A DNA stretch of 64,000 nucleotides from Anolis carolinensis. Taxonomy: Eukaryota. The position numbers were made by a program, and so were the translations under genes. The stretch is taken from NCBI RefSeq assembly GCF_035594765.1, contig NC_085846.1, positions 28,011,190 through 28,075,189 of the forward strand, read 5' to 3'. Below, in pieces: positions 13,178 through 24,381 of this stretch; the stretch's first letter is position 1, and each line of letters begins with the position of its first letter. Below the pieces are notes generated by a model. The model did no database searches. It was given only the letters and a program-made list of their open reading frames with translations, and was not told the DNA's origin.

Positions 13178-14619
13178 CCACTGGGTGACCTTGGGTGAAT
13201 CACATAACTCTTGGCCCCAGAAAAGCCCCAGGTGAGGTCACCATAAGACCAAAATTACATGAAGGCACAACGACCAAAGAAGGCTTTTGTAAATGGTGGT
13301 AATCTGTGCAAAACACTTTGAGCATTTCCAAAATAAATGAAAAATATTTTCTATTTACAAGATGAAAGGTTACAAGAGGTTCTTGAGTCTTTCCCTCCTA
13401 CATATCTAGTCTCCTCATCTCTGAGATCTCAACTGTTTCTCAATCTTCTTGACTATACATTCCGACTCTTAACCCTCCCTGCACACACACACTGCCCTGT
13501 TCTATAAAATCCTTATTCCTTTGATGTTCTCACTGCCAAAAATGATACCGCCTTAGAGCAAATAATGCTAGTCCCCAGGCCACCTTTTCTCTTCTGCTTT
13601 CTCTTGAGAGAAAGAGGAAGCTCTAAGAGTGCGAGGCACTTGTAAAAGCACAGAGCACAAGAGGTTGGATCCCAACCTTCCCACAATGCAGGTTTTCTCA
13701 AGAGGGGAGGAGAGGTTAGCTGGGGGCACACGTTCAACTGCTCAGTTAATTGTGATGCACTGGAGCGGACCTGTAAATCTGAAGCAGCATGTTCGTGACA
13801 CTGCAAACTAAAGTACCATCAACCAAATTACCCATTTAATGCACTTGTTAACAAGCCAGAGGTCACATATGCTAATCCATCAAGGGGACCATGCAGAATG
13901 AAAAACAGCCTCATGGACAGAAACACAGAAGGAAAAGGAGCCGGACACAGAGTACTTTCAGCAACTAGCCCAATTTTGGCTGAGTCAGAATGATGACTAA
14001 GCAGTCTATTTTAAAGAGGTGGAGATCGGTGGTAACAATATATACCTACTGTTCATTTGAAACGTCGCTCCTAGTTCTCCCTCCATGCCTCCATGCAGAG
14101 TTCAAGATGCAATGGCTCAGAGGCCTCTTTTCTCACTCAGCACAAGAGCAAGGTAGGTGTCACATCAGCTCCCTTTGACACATTTTACATTCACACTTCA
14201 CACCCCCTTTCAGTAATCCATCTTCCCCTTCCCTCGTCAAACATCGACTAATTTAAAGGAAACATGCTAATCACCAAAACCAGAAGCATAGCTCATTCAA
14301 ACTAATTTCCCAATCTGGAAGCACATCAACGACTAACAAGTTGATCACGGCACAAGCCTTTGTGGAGCAGAACGTCCTCATCGCAGGACGTCCTCTTCTC
14401 TCCGATCTCTGCAAATTTCCATCACTCACTGATGCCCCAAAGAAGAGTGAGGGGCTCCAACTACCTACCTGCCCAGATAAGGACATTAAAGGGAATGAAA
14501 CACCTGGCACTACTTACATATACTGTAATAGTAATAATAATAACCATAATCATCATCTTTGTGTCTATCTCCCCGAAACGATTCAGGGCGGCTCACAAGT
14601 TACAGGCAACACTCTAGGG

Positions 14620-15234
14620 CAGTGGTTCTCAACCTGGGGGTCGCAACGCCCACAGGGTCGATTGGCCATTTCAGAGGGGTCATGGCACCATCTCCTTTGA
14701 TCCAGCTTCCTGCTATGGGGCCTCCCTTGCCTGTCTCATGTCTCCTGCTGGGCCTGGCAAAGACGGGAGTCAGGTGAGAGGCTTCCTGTCGGGCCTGGGC
14801 CCTGCCGCAGGACCTCCCTTGCCCATCTCCTGCTGGGACCCCCTTGCCCGTCTCCCATCTCCTGCCGGATGGGCCCATCTCTCTCCAATGGATCTGAAAC
14901 TGGGCCTTGATGTAGGGGTCTAGGCACCCAGCTCTTGCCGCCGGCCATAATGGATGCCCCCATAATGAAGTGCCCCCATAATAGGGCACCTCCACAATAG
15001 GGTTCCTCCATAATAAGGCACCCCTGTGGTCTATGGAAGTTTGAGCTGGTCTATGGAAGTCCGTGTGAAGGTACTGCAAGATATGCAGGCACCAATAGGG
15101 TGCCTATAATTTGGGGGGATCTCGGCAAAATTACAGCTATAAAGTAGCAACAAAAATAGTTTTATGGTTGGGGTCACCACAACACGAGGAACTATATTTA
15201 AGGGACACATCATTAGAAAGTTTGAGAACCATTG
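14620..15234. mobile_element. SPIN/URR1-like non-autonomous hAT element with GC-rich internal filler
   Basis: 5' cagtggttctcaacctgggggtcgc; 3' gcaaaattacagctataaagtagcaac...ggtcaccacaacacgaggaact...tgagaaccattg, matching the recalled SPIN/URR1 ends; imperfect 8-bp flanks ctctaggg/ctttaaag. Confidence 0.75.
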
Positions 15235-16148
15235 CTTTAAAGAAAGTGCCATTTCCCCTACCTTAGGAAACCATAGAAACTTCAACAGGCAATTATCAAC
15301 AATTGGGAAACTGGTCATTTTACTGACCAATCCCTGCCATAACAAGCTCCACTTAATACAGCCATTGTTGCATAACTGCAGCTATGCCTGGGGGGCGGGG
15401 GGTAGGGTTGAAGGCTTTGCCCTTCTCCAATAATGGTGCCTTTCCAAAGAAATGTTCTTCTACCTCCCCACATTTCTAGCATAGCAGTAAATTAAAACTT
15501 CAGAAATACCATTTAGGCATTCAAAGAAAAGGTGCAGGCAAGGTTAATAAGGATATGTGAACATAGCAAGTGCAAGAGTTCTAAGTGTGAACAATTTTCA
15601 AGGTCTCACTCTCTGCAGTGCTAGAAGATTGAGGACTGAAAGAACATGTAATTGTGGAAAGACAATTCTTATGGGGAGGTCAATGTCCTCATTTCCACCC
15701 AGGCCTGTATTCTTTTTTACTATCAGCCACCTTGGAGCCATCTTATTAGGAAAAAGGGTTTAGGTTACAAATACATATTCAAAAGGCATACGTTCATAGC
15801 TCTCTGTCCACCTGATGCTCTGGTGTCAAGCAATAAGCACCCTGTCTGTAGTCTGCTACATCGCTCCACTCTTAAATTAAACATATACAGAATATGTTGT
15901 TGTCACATGATTGGTCATTCCAAGTGCCTAAAACTACTGTGGATGATTTCTTCTCCATTAACAGTCCTGTGCTTGCAGAACTCTACAGTGTTCCTAACTA
16001 TTTCTTACGTTTCACCAGGTAGAATTTCCAAAGGAGTTGCTGAATGTAATTGTTCCGGTCAGTACTTTCTGCATTTAATTTATTCAAGCCTCACTGTCTA
16101 CAATCTCATCTTCTTATTTCAAGTTCTAATTATCTTCCTTACATACTA

Positions 16149-16633
16149 CGAGGGTTATCCAGAAAGTACATTACGTTTTGGAATTTAAATTGAACAAAGT
16201 ATAGGAGAAAATATTTACCATATGCAGTTGAAAGCCACTCCCAAATACCACTTATCACGTAGTCATCATTCAAATCTAGGCACTTACCATAGCGATGAAG
16301 GAGCTTTGCAACTCCTCCCCCACTAAATTCTGCCGCTTGCTTCTTCAACCACTTGTTTCCAACAATGGGGGCGTGGCTGGCAACGCAGCATTTTGGCGAT
16401 GCTGCGCAGCTGCGGAAAGGGGTGACTGGCTGGTTGAGGAAGCAAGCAGCAGAACTTAGTGGGGAAGGAGTTGCAAAGCTTCTTCGTTGCTATGGTAAGT
16501 GCCTAGATTTGAATGTCGACTACATGAGATGTAGTATTTGGGTATGGCTTTCAACTGCATATGGTAAATGTTTTCTCCTATACTTTGTTCATTTTTAATT
16601 CCAAAACGTAATGTACTTTCTGGATAGCCCTTG
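16149..16633. mobile_element. Fold-back mariner-derived MITE (two inverted transposon 3' ends)
   Basis: TA|cgagggttatccagaaagtacattacg start with ~200-bp inverted arms; each arm encodes W.KKQAAEF...GVAKLL.RYGKCLDLN.DY, similar to the mariner transposase C-terminus. Confidence 0.85.
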
Positions 16634-16939
16634 CATAAAAAGGACCTCCTACTTCACCTCTAAGTCCCCAATTGGTGCTTCATCTGGCTGCACAGGCCAG
16701 CTCTCAGGGTGTAGTTCAAAAGTGGGGAATAATATGCGATCCTCCAAATGTTGTTGGATTGCAATTCTGATCAGCTGTAGCCAGAAGAGGGAACCATGAA
16801 GGATAATGAAAATTGCATTCCAACACTATGTGGAAGGTCTTACATTTCCCATCTTTGCTGCAGCCGTTTAACTTTGTCTCTCTCCAAGTTTGTCCACACT
16901 GCTTTCATCTACTCATTCACCAGAAGGCAAACCTTCGAA

Positions 16940-17074
16940 TAGTGGTTCTCAACTTGTGCATCCTCAGGTGTTTTGGCCTACAACTCCCAGAAATCCCAGC
17001 CCGTTTGACAGCTGTTAGGATTTCTGGGAGTTGAAGGCCAAAACATCTGGGGACCTACAGGTTAAGAACCACTG
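16940..17074. mobile_element. Palindromic hAT MITE
   Basis: Same family as 12280-12414. Confidence 0.78.
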
Positions 17075-17309
17075 CCCTAGAGAAAGAAGGTGTTTTGGGG
17101 AAATGCAGTTCATTACCTCAGTTTTGATGACAATTAGCAGTCCAAACTTCTCAGGTGTCCTTCACTTTAGATACTCTCACCATCTCCACAACATATCATG
17201 GCCCTGCATCCCAAATATTGTTCTACAAACATGCAAGCATCCATACTTACATCCACAAGGCATTAAATGCCAACAAAATAAACATCCACTCATTAGAATG
17301 GGCACTTAC

Positions 17310-17371
17310 TGGTCATCCCCAACCTTCTTCACCCATGCCATATCTCTCTCCGACTGACTGGTTGCAAGATC
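17310..17371 (-). CDS. TBKBP1: TBKBP1 coding exon 6 (DLATSQSERDMAWVKKVGDDQ)
   Basis: tttcatag| acceptor, CA|gtaagt donor; 62 nt, phase 0-2; matches DLASNQSERDMAWVKRVGDDQ. The next exon was not found in the window. Confidence 0.94.
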
Positions 17372-17574
17372 CTATGAAACATTAAGACAAGCCCTGTTAT
17401 AGTAGAAGGGGAACAAGGCAAGCAAAAAAGAAACTTACTCATCATCATATGTCTGCAATACCCCAGTTTAACCAGTTAGAAGTAAGATGAATTCTGGAAG
17501 GAACTGAATGTTTGCCATTTTGCTTGGAAGCCGCCCTGAGCCCCCCTGAGGAGATAGGGCGGCCTATAAATAAA

Positions 17575-17575
17575 G

Positions 17576-17610
<35 letters not shown>
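17575..17610. repeat. (GTT)n microsatellite at the end of an L2-type tail
   Basis: Direct; another (GTT)n at 25412-25443. Confidence 0.95.
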
Positions 17611-19011
17611 ATTGACTATACCAGGAAAATATTAATTAAATAATTAATGTATTGATAGCCAAATTTTGATTTTCCAGGTGCTTTGGACTTTAGTTCCCAT
17701 AACTTTCTGACAGCTTGGCAAATAGTCAGGAATTCTGGGAGCTGAAGTCAAAAATATCTGGAGGACCAAGTTTGGAAACCCCTGATTTAAGACATTTTCC
17801 CCATAAGACATGACACAACAATAATTACAAAACAAAAGTACCACATATTCTAATAGCTAAAAATGTGCAATCTAAAGAAAGCAAAAAAAGCAAGTGTGAT
17901 CAAATAAAATTGGCCTAATTGCATAGAACAACTATAACCCCATTGGATCAAAGACTTGGCAAAATAAAGAACCTTTTACAATTTACCTAAAACTCAAAAC
18001 AACAAAAACTGAGGCCTACTGATTTTTCTCAGGGAAATTAATTCCACGGTTTAGGTATAGCTTTGGACAGGTTCTTTCCCCATGTTGGTCAACAACATTT
18101 CAGTAGGCAATGAGATGCAGTAAGCAGCAAATGATATTCACAATTTGATGTTTTATGCAACTAATTTAGGAGACAAAAACATAGTTCATTGGGGTTCATG
18201 GCTAGAACTCAAGATGTGGGTTTCTTGCCTGTATGGAATAAGGAATTAACCAACACAACCTCTAAAGTCTTTATTGATCATATTCCTAAACTCTGATCAT
18301 TGTCTAGTCAGCAACAAATCTATGTTGGTAGTTAACTAGACGTAAGAATGGGATATAGCATAGTAATACTAATATGCTTTAATTCTGTAAAATGAAATTC
18401 AGACTGTGGCCCATCATCCTTCTTTGTAAAACATGGTTTCTTGTCTGACAAACACAGCTTTAATTTTACACAAGGTCTGTTTTGCATCAGCATTGTGCCA
18501 TTAATCCAGAAACAATAATACCATTTCAACCAGAGCATTAATACCTCTTTTCAACATGACTCTCATACTTCAGTAGTCACATGATCTTAGAATAATCTAC
18601 ATTATTAGCATGTGTTAAATAAAAATCTGTCTCTTGACTAACTCAGAATCCATTTTTAGTTTTATAATCGGATCAATGTTTTTTCATTGTCGTAAGCATT
18701 GTCGGTTACCTTGCATTCTTAGGAACATTATCTAAATTACACACAACAAATACAAAATACTAAGGCACCAGTCATAATGTGTTTCTTCGGGCTTTAATCT
18801 GTTTCAAAAAACTTGCCTTTTATCCCAAATTTTTACAGAAAACCCAGACGTTTAGACACGTGACCAGCCCTCCAGGCTACATCACTTTGTTGTATAATTG
18901 GGGAGTGACATTTTAGTCGCGGATGAGAGGCAAGTTTTCATGCTAGGAAGTGGCTCTTTCCTGGATTGAATTTTTTAAAGAAGGGGCATATGTGCAAATA
19001 CTTGCATATTA

Positions 19012-19332
19012 GGTACAGGTTTCCCCTTGACCTTAAATCTAGTCGTGTCCAACTCTGGGGGTTGGTGCTCATCTCCGTTTCTAAGCCGAAGAGCTGGCAC
19101 TGTCCACCTGCAAGGTCATGTGGCCGGCATGACTGCATGGAGCGCTGTTACCTTCCCACCAAAGCAGTACCTATTGATCTACTCACATTTGCATGTTTTC
19201 TAACTGCTAGGTTGGCAGAAGCTGGGGCTAACAGTGGGAGCTCACCCCACTCTCAGGATAAGAACCGCCGACCTATCAGTCAGCAAGTTCAGCAGCTCAA
19301 CGGTTTAATCTGCTGCACTACCCGGGGGCTCC
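19012..19332 (-). mobile_element. Sauria SINE
   Basis: Full-length body; atacttgcatatta duplicated on both sides (probable TSD). Confidence 0.85.
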
Positions 19333-19554
19333 TAATATATACTTGCATATTAGTATATCAGTATTAGTGCACCACCAGAAGATATACTAGCAGAAGATAC
19401 ATTCATTAATATAAGATACATTTATTTGAATGCATTGCATAATAGGTGGGCAGTGGAGCATCCACAGCCATGTGGCTAAAATTAATGCAAAGGATTGGAA
19501 ATGAGGACCACCCTCTAACAGTGAAGTCCAGAAACCAAGAGGAAATGTATGGCC

Positions 19555-19812
19555 AACTTGAGAAACTACAAGTCGCTTCTGGTGTGAGAGAATTGGCTGT
19601 CTGCAAGGATGTTGCCCAGGGATACCCAGATGTTTTTTGATGCTTTACCATCCTTGTAGGAGGCTTTTCTCATGGGAGCTGGAGCTGATAGAGGGAGCTC
19701 ATCCACTCTCTCCCCAAATTCAAACTGGCAACTTTCAGGTCAGCAATCCAACCTTCAAGTCAGCAGTCCTGCCAGCACAAGATTTTAACCCATTGCGCCA
19801 CCGGGGGCTCCT
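19555..19812 (-). mobile_element. SINE with Vingi-like tail (Anolis SINE2-like)
   Basis: Homology to other copies in the window. Confidence 0.75.
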
Positions 19813-19904
19813 AGTTCAAATCCATTTTATTTATGTAATTCAAAATAGATAAGGTGGATTATCTGATTTGATAACCTGTATTATATGGCAGTGTAGATCC
19901 AGTC

Positions 19905-20302
19905 CTTGTGCTGCTGAACTGGTAATCTGAAAGTTGGCAGTTTGAATCCATGGGAGAGGGTGAGCTCCCATTGTTAGCCCTAGCTGCTGCCAACCTAGCA
20001 GCTCAGAAACAAGCAAATGTGAGTAGATAAAGAGGTACTGCTTCAGCAGAAAAAAGCAAGTCATGCCGGTCACACAACCAGGAGGTGACAAGGCAGGTTT
20101 CTCAGCTTGGAAATGGAGAAGAGTACCTCCCCCAGAGCAAGAGATGAGCACCGCCTCCAAAGCTGGAAGTTAAAGGAGAAGCCTTTGCCTTTGTCTGCGT
20201 ATGTGGGACTGATTGTATTGTAACAAGGCATTGAATGTTTGCCTGTATTTGTTTACACTGTAATCCGCTCTGAGTCCCCATGGGGAAAAGGGCGGAATAT
20301 AC
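19905..20302 (+). mobile_element. Sauria SINE variant with L2-type tail, followed by (ATT)n
   Basis: Sauria 5' body, then ggcattgaatgtttgcc...aatccgctctgagtcccc...gggcggaatata. Confidence 0.7.
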
Positions 20303-20303
20303 A

Positions 20304-20366
<63 letters not shown>

Positions 20367-20521
20367 GGAAAGGCTTTTACATGATCAGACAGTGCCCTTC
20401 ATTGCCTCACCAAATACAAACCCCAGGATTCCACAGGATGGAGTCCTAGCAGATGAAGTGGAACACAAGCCCTATAAAATAGTGCAAAGTGAAAGGTCCT
20501 ATTACATGGTTTCCAGGTTAC

Positions 20522-20718
20522 CTGCGCCCGTGTCTCTTGTAGCTGCTTCACCTCAGCCTGGAGTCTTTCACATTCGGCTTTCAGCTGTTCCTCTCGGTGT
20601 TGAGAGTTCTGGACTTCCTGCCTCGATTCTTCCAGCTCGACTTCCAACCGCTGCACCTCCAAGCCCTCTGCCTCGCCTAAGCCTCTGGGGCTCTGCCAAT
20701 TCATGGAACGATCCAATA
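20522..20718 (-). CDS. TBKBP1: TBKBP1 coding exon 5, coiled coil (VLDRSMNWQSP...REEQLKAECERLQAEVKQLQETRAQ)
   Basis: ttctctgttgctag| acceptor, CAG|gtaacc donor; 197 nt, phase 1-0; matches REEQLQAECERLQGELKQLQETRAQ. Confidence 0.94.
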
Positions 20719-20989
20719 CTAGCAACAGAGAAACAAAGAGGAAGAATTGGCAGAAGAGGAAAGAAAGACATCAGTGAGCAAGTGCAAACTTTGTGAAAAC
20801 TCTAGGTTTGGGGCCGGGAGAAGAAATCTTAGGCATGTTTGTGGGGGGAGATGCCTCTGGTGCCCCCTATTCTCTTTAGGACCAAGAGTGGAGAATCTCT
20901 TTCAACCTCAGGGCCAAATTCGATCTCAGAAAAGTTCTCAGAAGCTTTCCAGAAATGGCTGATATAAAATAGTAAGACCAAGTTTACCA

Positions 20990-21260
20990 CATAATTTAAA
21001 CATAAATGTTGTCACCAGACGTGCTTTCGTTGGCCATTATGGAAAAAGAACTGGATAGTAAATACCAGTTACATCTTGGATACATGACAACAACAGCAAG
21101 AATATTGTTTGTTCATTCCTGAAAATGGACTGAAGTACTGAGGATGGAAGAATGGATTGCTATGGTTGCTGAGCTGGCCCAAATTGACAAATTAACAAAC
21201 TTTGAAGGATAAGCCAATTGAAGGTTGATTTTTTTAAAGACGGGAAACAATTTATGGAGT
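20990..21260 (+). mobile_element. Degraded L1 ORF2 C-terminal fragment
   Basis: Remnant YMTTTARILF...MEEWIAMVAELAQIDKLT resembles squamate L1 ORF2 ends. Confidence 0.55.
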
Positions 21261-21680
21261 TGGGTTGCTGTGAATTTTCCAGGCTGTATGGCCATGTTCC
21301 AGAAGCATTCTTTCCTGACATTTCGCCCACATGTATGGCAGGCATCCTCAGAGACTGAGGTCTGTTGGAAACTAGTCAAGTGGGGTTAATATATCTGTGG
21401 AATAATGTCCAGGGTGGGAGAAAGAACTTTTGTATGTTGGAGGCAAGTGTGAATGTTGCAATTGGCCACCTTGATTAGTATTGAATGGCCTTGCAGTTTC
21501 AAAGCCTAGCTGCTTCCTGCCTGGGGAATCCTTTGTTGGGAGGGGTTAGCTGTCCCTGATTGTTTCCTGTCTGGAATTGCCCTGCTTTCTGAGGAGAGAA
21601 TTCTTCTGGAACATGGCCATACAGCCCAAGAAACTCACAGCAACCTGGTGATTCCGGCCATGAAATCCTTCAAAAACAAC
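21261..21680. mobile_element. Penelope-like fragment with short inverted terminal copy
   Basis: 21261-21590 in minus orientation, 21593-21680 in plus; hammerhead core at 21314-21354 (minus). Confidence 0.8.
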
Positions 21681-22333
21681 TTTGAACAATAAGAAATCTA
21701 CCAATATAATAACCTGTGGCTATAGCTAGTAGAAATTTTAGTAGGATTACTTAGCTAGATCTGTGCTGACAAAATGTTTTTTCTCTTTTCTAATTTTTAT
21801 TAGAGTCACAGCTCTAATGTGTTTTACTTATATGTCTTTTCCTCCCTTTCCTAACTTTATCTCTCTCTTTAGTTTCTTTGACTGCATTTTGATTGAAACT
21901 GCGATAGTATATTAGATTAAAAGCTAATGTTAAAAATTAAGGGTGTGAGATTAGAATGTGTTCCTGCTTTAGCAACCTTTATTAATTGCAGAAACCATTC
22001 CTTTAAACATAAATTTGTGAGAACATTTACCTTGCAATGAGAAGTTAATATGAACCACTTTTGGTGCATAATAATGATAAGAAGTGGATGGTGATGGCAA
22101 ATACATTACAACCTCCCTGCCTTCCAGTTTTTAAAGAGTGACAATTATGCTTTGAACATTTAAATGAAGAATGGTCAAATAATATTTCTGCAGTCATTTG
22201 GAAATGGATTATATTAGATAGATGTAAGTGTGTGTGTTTGTGTGTATGTGTCCATGTATCTATTTTTGTCTATCTCAAAGAATTATAGCACCATCTACTG
22301 GTAAAAAAAAATATTGATCCTCAACACAAATAT

Positions 22334-22642
22334 CAGACAGGAAACAATCAGGGCCAGCTCACACCTCCCAACAAAGGATTCTCCCAGGAAGGCAGCCAGG
22401 CTTTAAAGATGCAAAGCTATTAAATGCTAATCAAGCTGGCCAACTGCAACATTCACGCTTGCCTCAAACAGACAATTATTTCTCCTACTCTGGACATTCC
22501 ACAAATATGTAAACCCCACTTGCCTAATTTCCATCAGACCTCACAACCTCTGAGGATACCTGCCATAAATGTGAGCAAAACGTCAGGAGAGAATGCTTCT
22601 GGAACATGGCCATACAGTTCCAAAAACTCACAGCATCCCAAC
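22334..22642 (+). mobile_element. Penelope-like terminal fragment
   Basis: Homologous to 10497-10810. Confidence 0.8.
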
Positions 22643-22934
22643 TCCATAGAGAAAAAAAATCAACAGACTAGACAATGCAGTCTCATTAATTAGTTTTTTC
22701 CCCCTTAGGATGTGGCTTCACCAACTTTTTCCAACCACCTGAAAATATATATTCCATGATACTCTGAGACATCACCTCCACACTATGAATGTACAACTAC
22801 AGCTCCCAGAGAGGACCATATGAGATATTTCTGCAGAGGGACTTATTTTCACATAAAGGGTGTTTCAAATTTCAACCTCACAAAAGCACAAGGGTCTCCA
22901 AGGGATTGGGGAAACCTGGAGATCAAATATTTAC

Positions 22935-23076
22935 CATGGCCACTGTGAAGCGACAGGTATTGAACTTCCTGGTTTGGAAGCTGAGAGTTGAGGTTCGGAA
23001 ATGAGTTGCTATCTCTTTGCCTCAGCTGCTGCTCCAGGCTTCGGATCCGATTCAGATGGGTCTCAACCAGTGCTCT
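22935..23076 (-). CDS. TBKBP1: TBKBP1 coding exon 4 (RALVETHLNRIRSLEQQLRQRDSNSFPNLNSQLPNQEVQYLSLHSGH)
   Basis: cttcctgcag| acceptor, G|gtaaat donor; 142 nt, phase 0-1; RALVETHL...LEQQLRQ conserved. Confidence 0.93.
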
Positions 23077-23377
23077 CTGCAGGAAGATCAGGGCCAGAAT
23101 AGATGGAAAGAGAAAGGATAGGGAGAAGATACCTTTAGTTACATGGCCACAAAACCTCTTAACAGAGGAGATCCAAGATATGACCCCAGATTATTGACAC
23201 CATCCTTCTTGTCCCACATTAAACATCCCTTAGAAAGCATAATAAAATATATAGCTGACCACATTTATGGCTTTTTTATTACACTATGTAACAATTTATA
23301 TATGTGTGTGTGTGCCTGGATTGAAAGCATTATTCCTGTTTAACTGTGCAGTAGTTAACTTTGAAAGTTTTTTTATC

Positions 23378-23636
23378 ATGTCAGAAGTGACTTGAGAACC
23401 TACTGCAAGTCACTTCTGGTGTGAGAGAATTGGCCATCTATAGAGACGTTGCCCAGGGGATGCCCGGATGTGTTACCATCCTGCTGGGAGGCTTCTCTCA
23501 TGTCCTCGCAAGCTAGAGCTGACAGACTGGAGCTCACCCTGCCTCGCGGATTCAAACCAGCAACCTTCAGGTCAACAACCCAACTTTAAGGTCAGCAGTC
23601 CAGCCGGCACAAGGGTTTAAACCATTGTACCACCAG
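23378..23636 (-). mobile_element. SINE with Vingi-like tail
   Basis: 3' end (minus strand) gttctcaagtcacttctgacatgataaaaaa. Confidence 0.78.
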
Positions 23637-23664
23637 GTGACACTGGGCAAGTCTCACACCCTGA

Positions 23665-23812
23665 GGCCCCTTCTACACTGCCATATAAAATCCAAATGAT
23701 CTGCTTTGAACTGGATTGTATGGCAGTGTAGACTCCTATAATTCAATTCAAAGCAGATAATGTGGATTATCTGCTTTGTTAATCTGGATTATATGGCAGT
23801 GTAGAAGGGGCC
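23665..23812. mobile_element. PIF/Harbinger-type MITE (family A, ~148 bp)
   Basis: TIR GGCCCCTTCTACACTGCCATATAA, TGA/TTA flanks; representative of many copies. Confidence 0.85.
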
Positions 23813-23954
23813 TTACAGTTCTCTTATCATGCTCTCAGAGAGGCAATACCCTATCTTACCATTTTAACTAACAAGACTGTTTCTCCCTCTCCTCCCTTTT
23901 CATTCTAGTCCTCTTCACAAAACTCCATTAGTCTCAGAAGAAGGCACACTCTTA

Positions 23955-24102
23955 GGCCCCTTCTACACTGCCATAAAATCCAGATTATCAAATCAGATAA
24001 TTTATGTTATCTGCTTTGAACTGAATTGTACAAGTCTACACTGTCATATAATCCAGTTCAAAGAAGATAATTTGGATTTTATATGGCAGCGTAGAAGGGG
24101 CC
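23955..24102. mobile_element. Harbinger-type MITE family A
   Basis: Same TIRs, TTA/ATA flanks. Confidence 0.82.
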
Positions 24103-24127
24103 ATAGCCTTGATTTTGTGTTTGTGTG

Positions 24128-24381
24128 TGTGTCAGGAGCGACTTGAGAAACTGCAAGTTGCTTCTGGTGTGAGCGAATTGGCTGTCTGCAAGGACGTTGC
24201 CCAGGGGACACCGGATGTTTGTTGTTTTACTATCCTGTGGGAGGCTTCTCTCGTGTCCCTGCATGGGAAGCTAGAGCTGACAGACCAGAACTCACTTCAC
24301 CCCCTGGATTCGAACCGCCGACCTTTTGGTCAGCAGTTCTCCTGGCACAAGGATTTAACTCACTGCACCACTAGGAGCTCC
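24128..24381 (-). mobile_element. SINE with Vingi-like tail
   Basis: Homology to other copies. Confidence 0.78.

Noticed and set aside
1-17309. Next TBKBP1 exon (VNLALAY..., TBK1-binding domain)
   Set aside because: Candidates at ~2600, 7940, 9500, 11230 and 14400 gave no similar peptide; the exon probably lies left of the window, though a manual scan could miss it.
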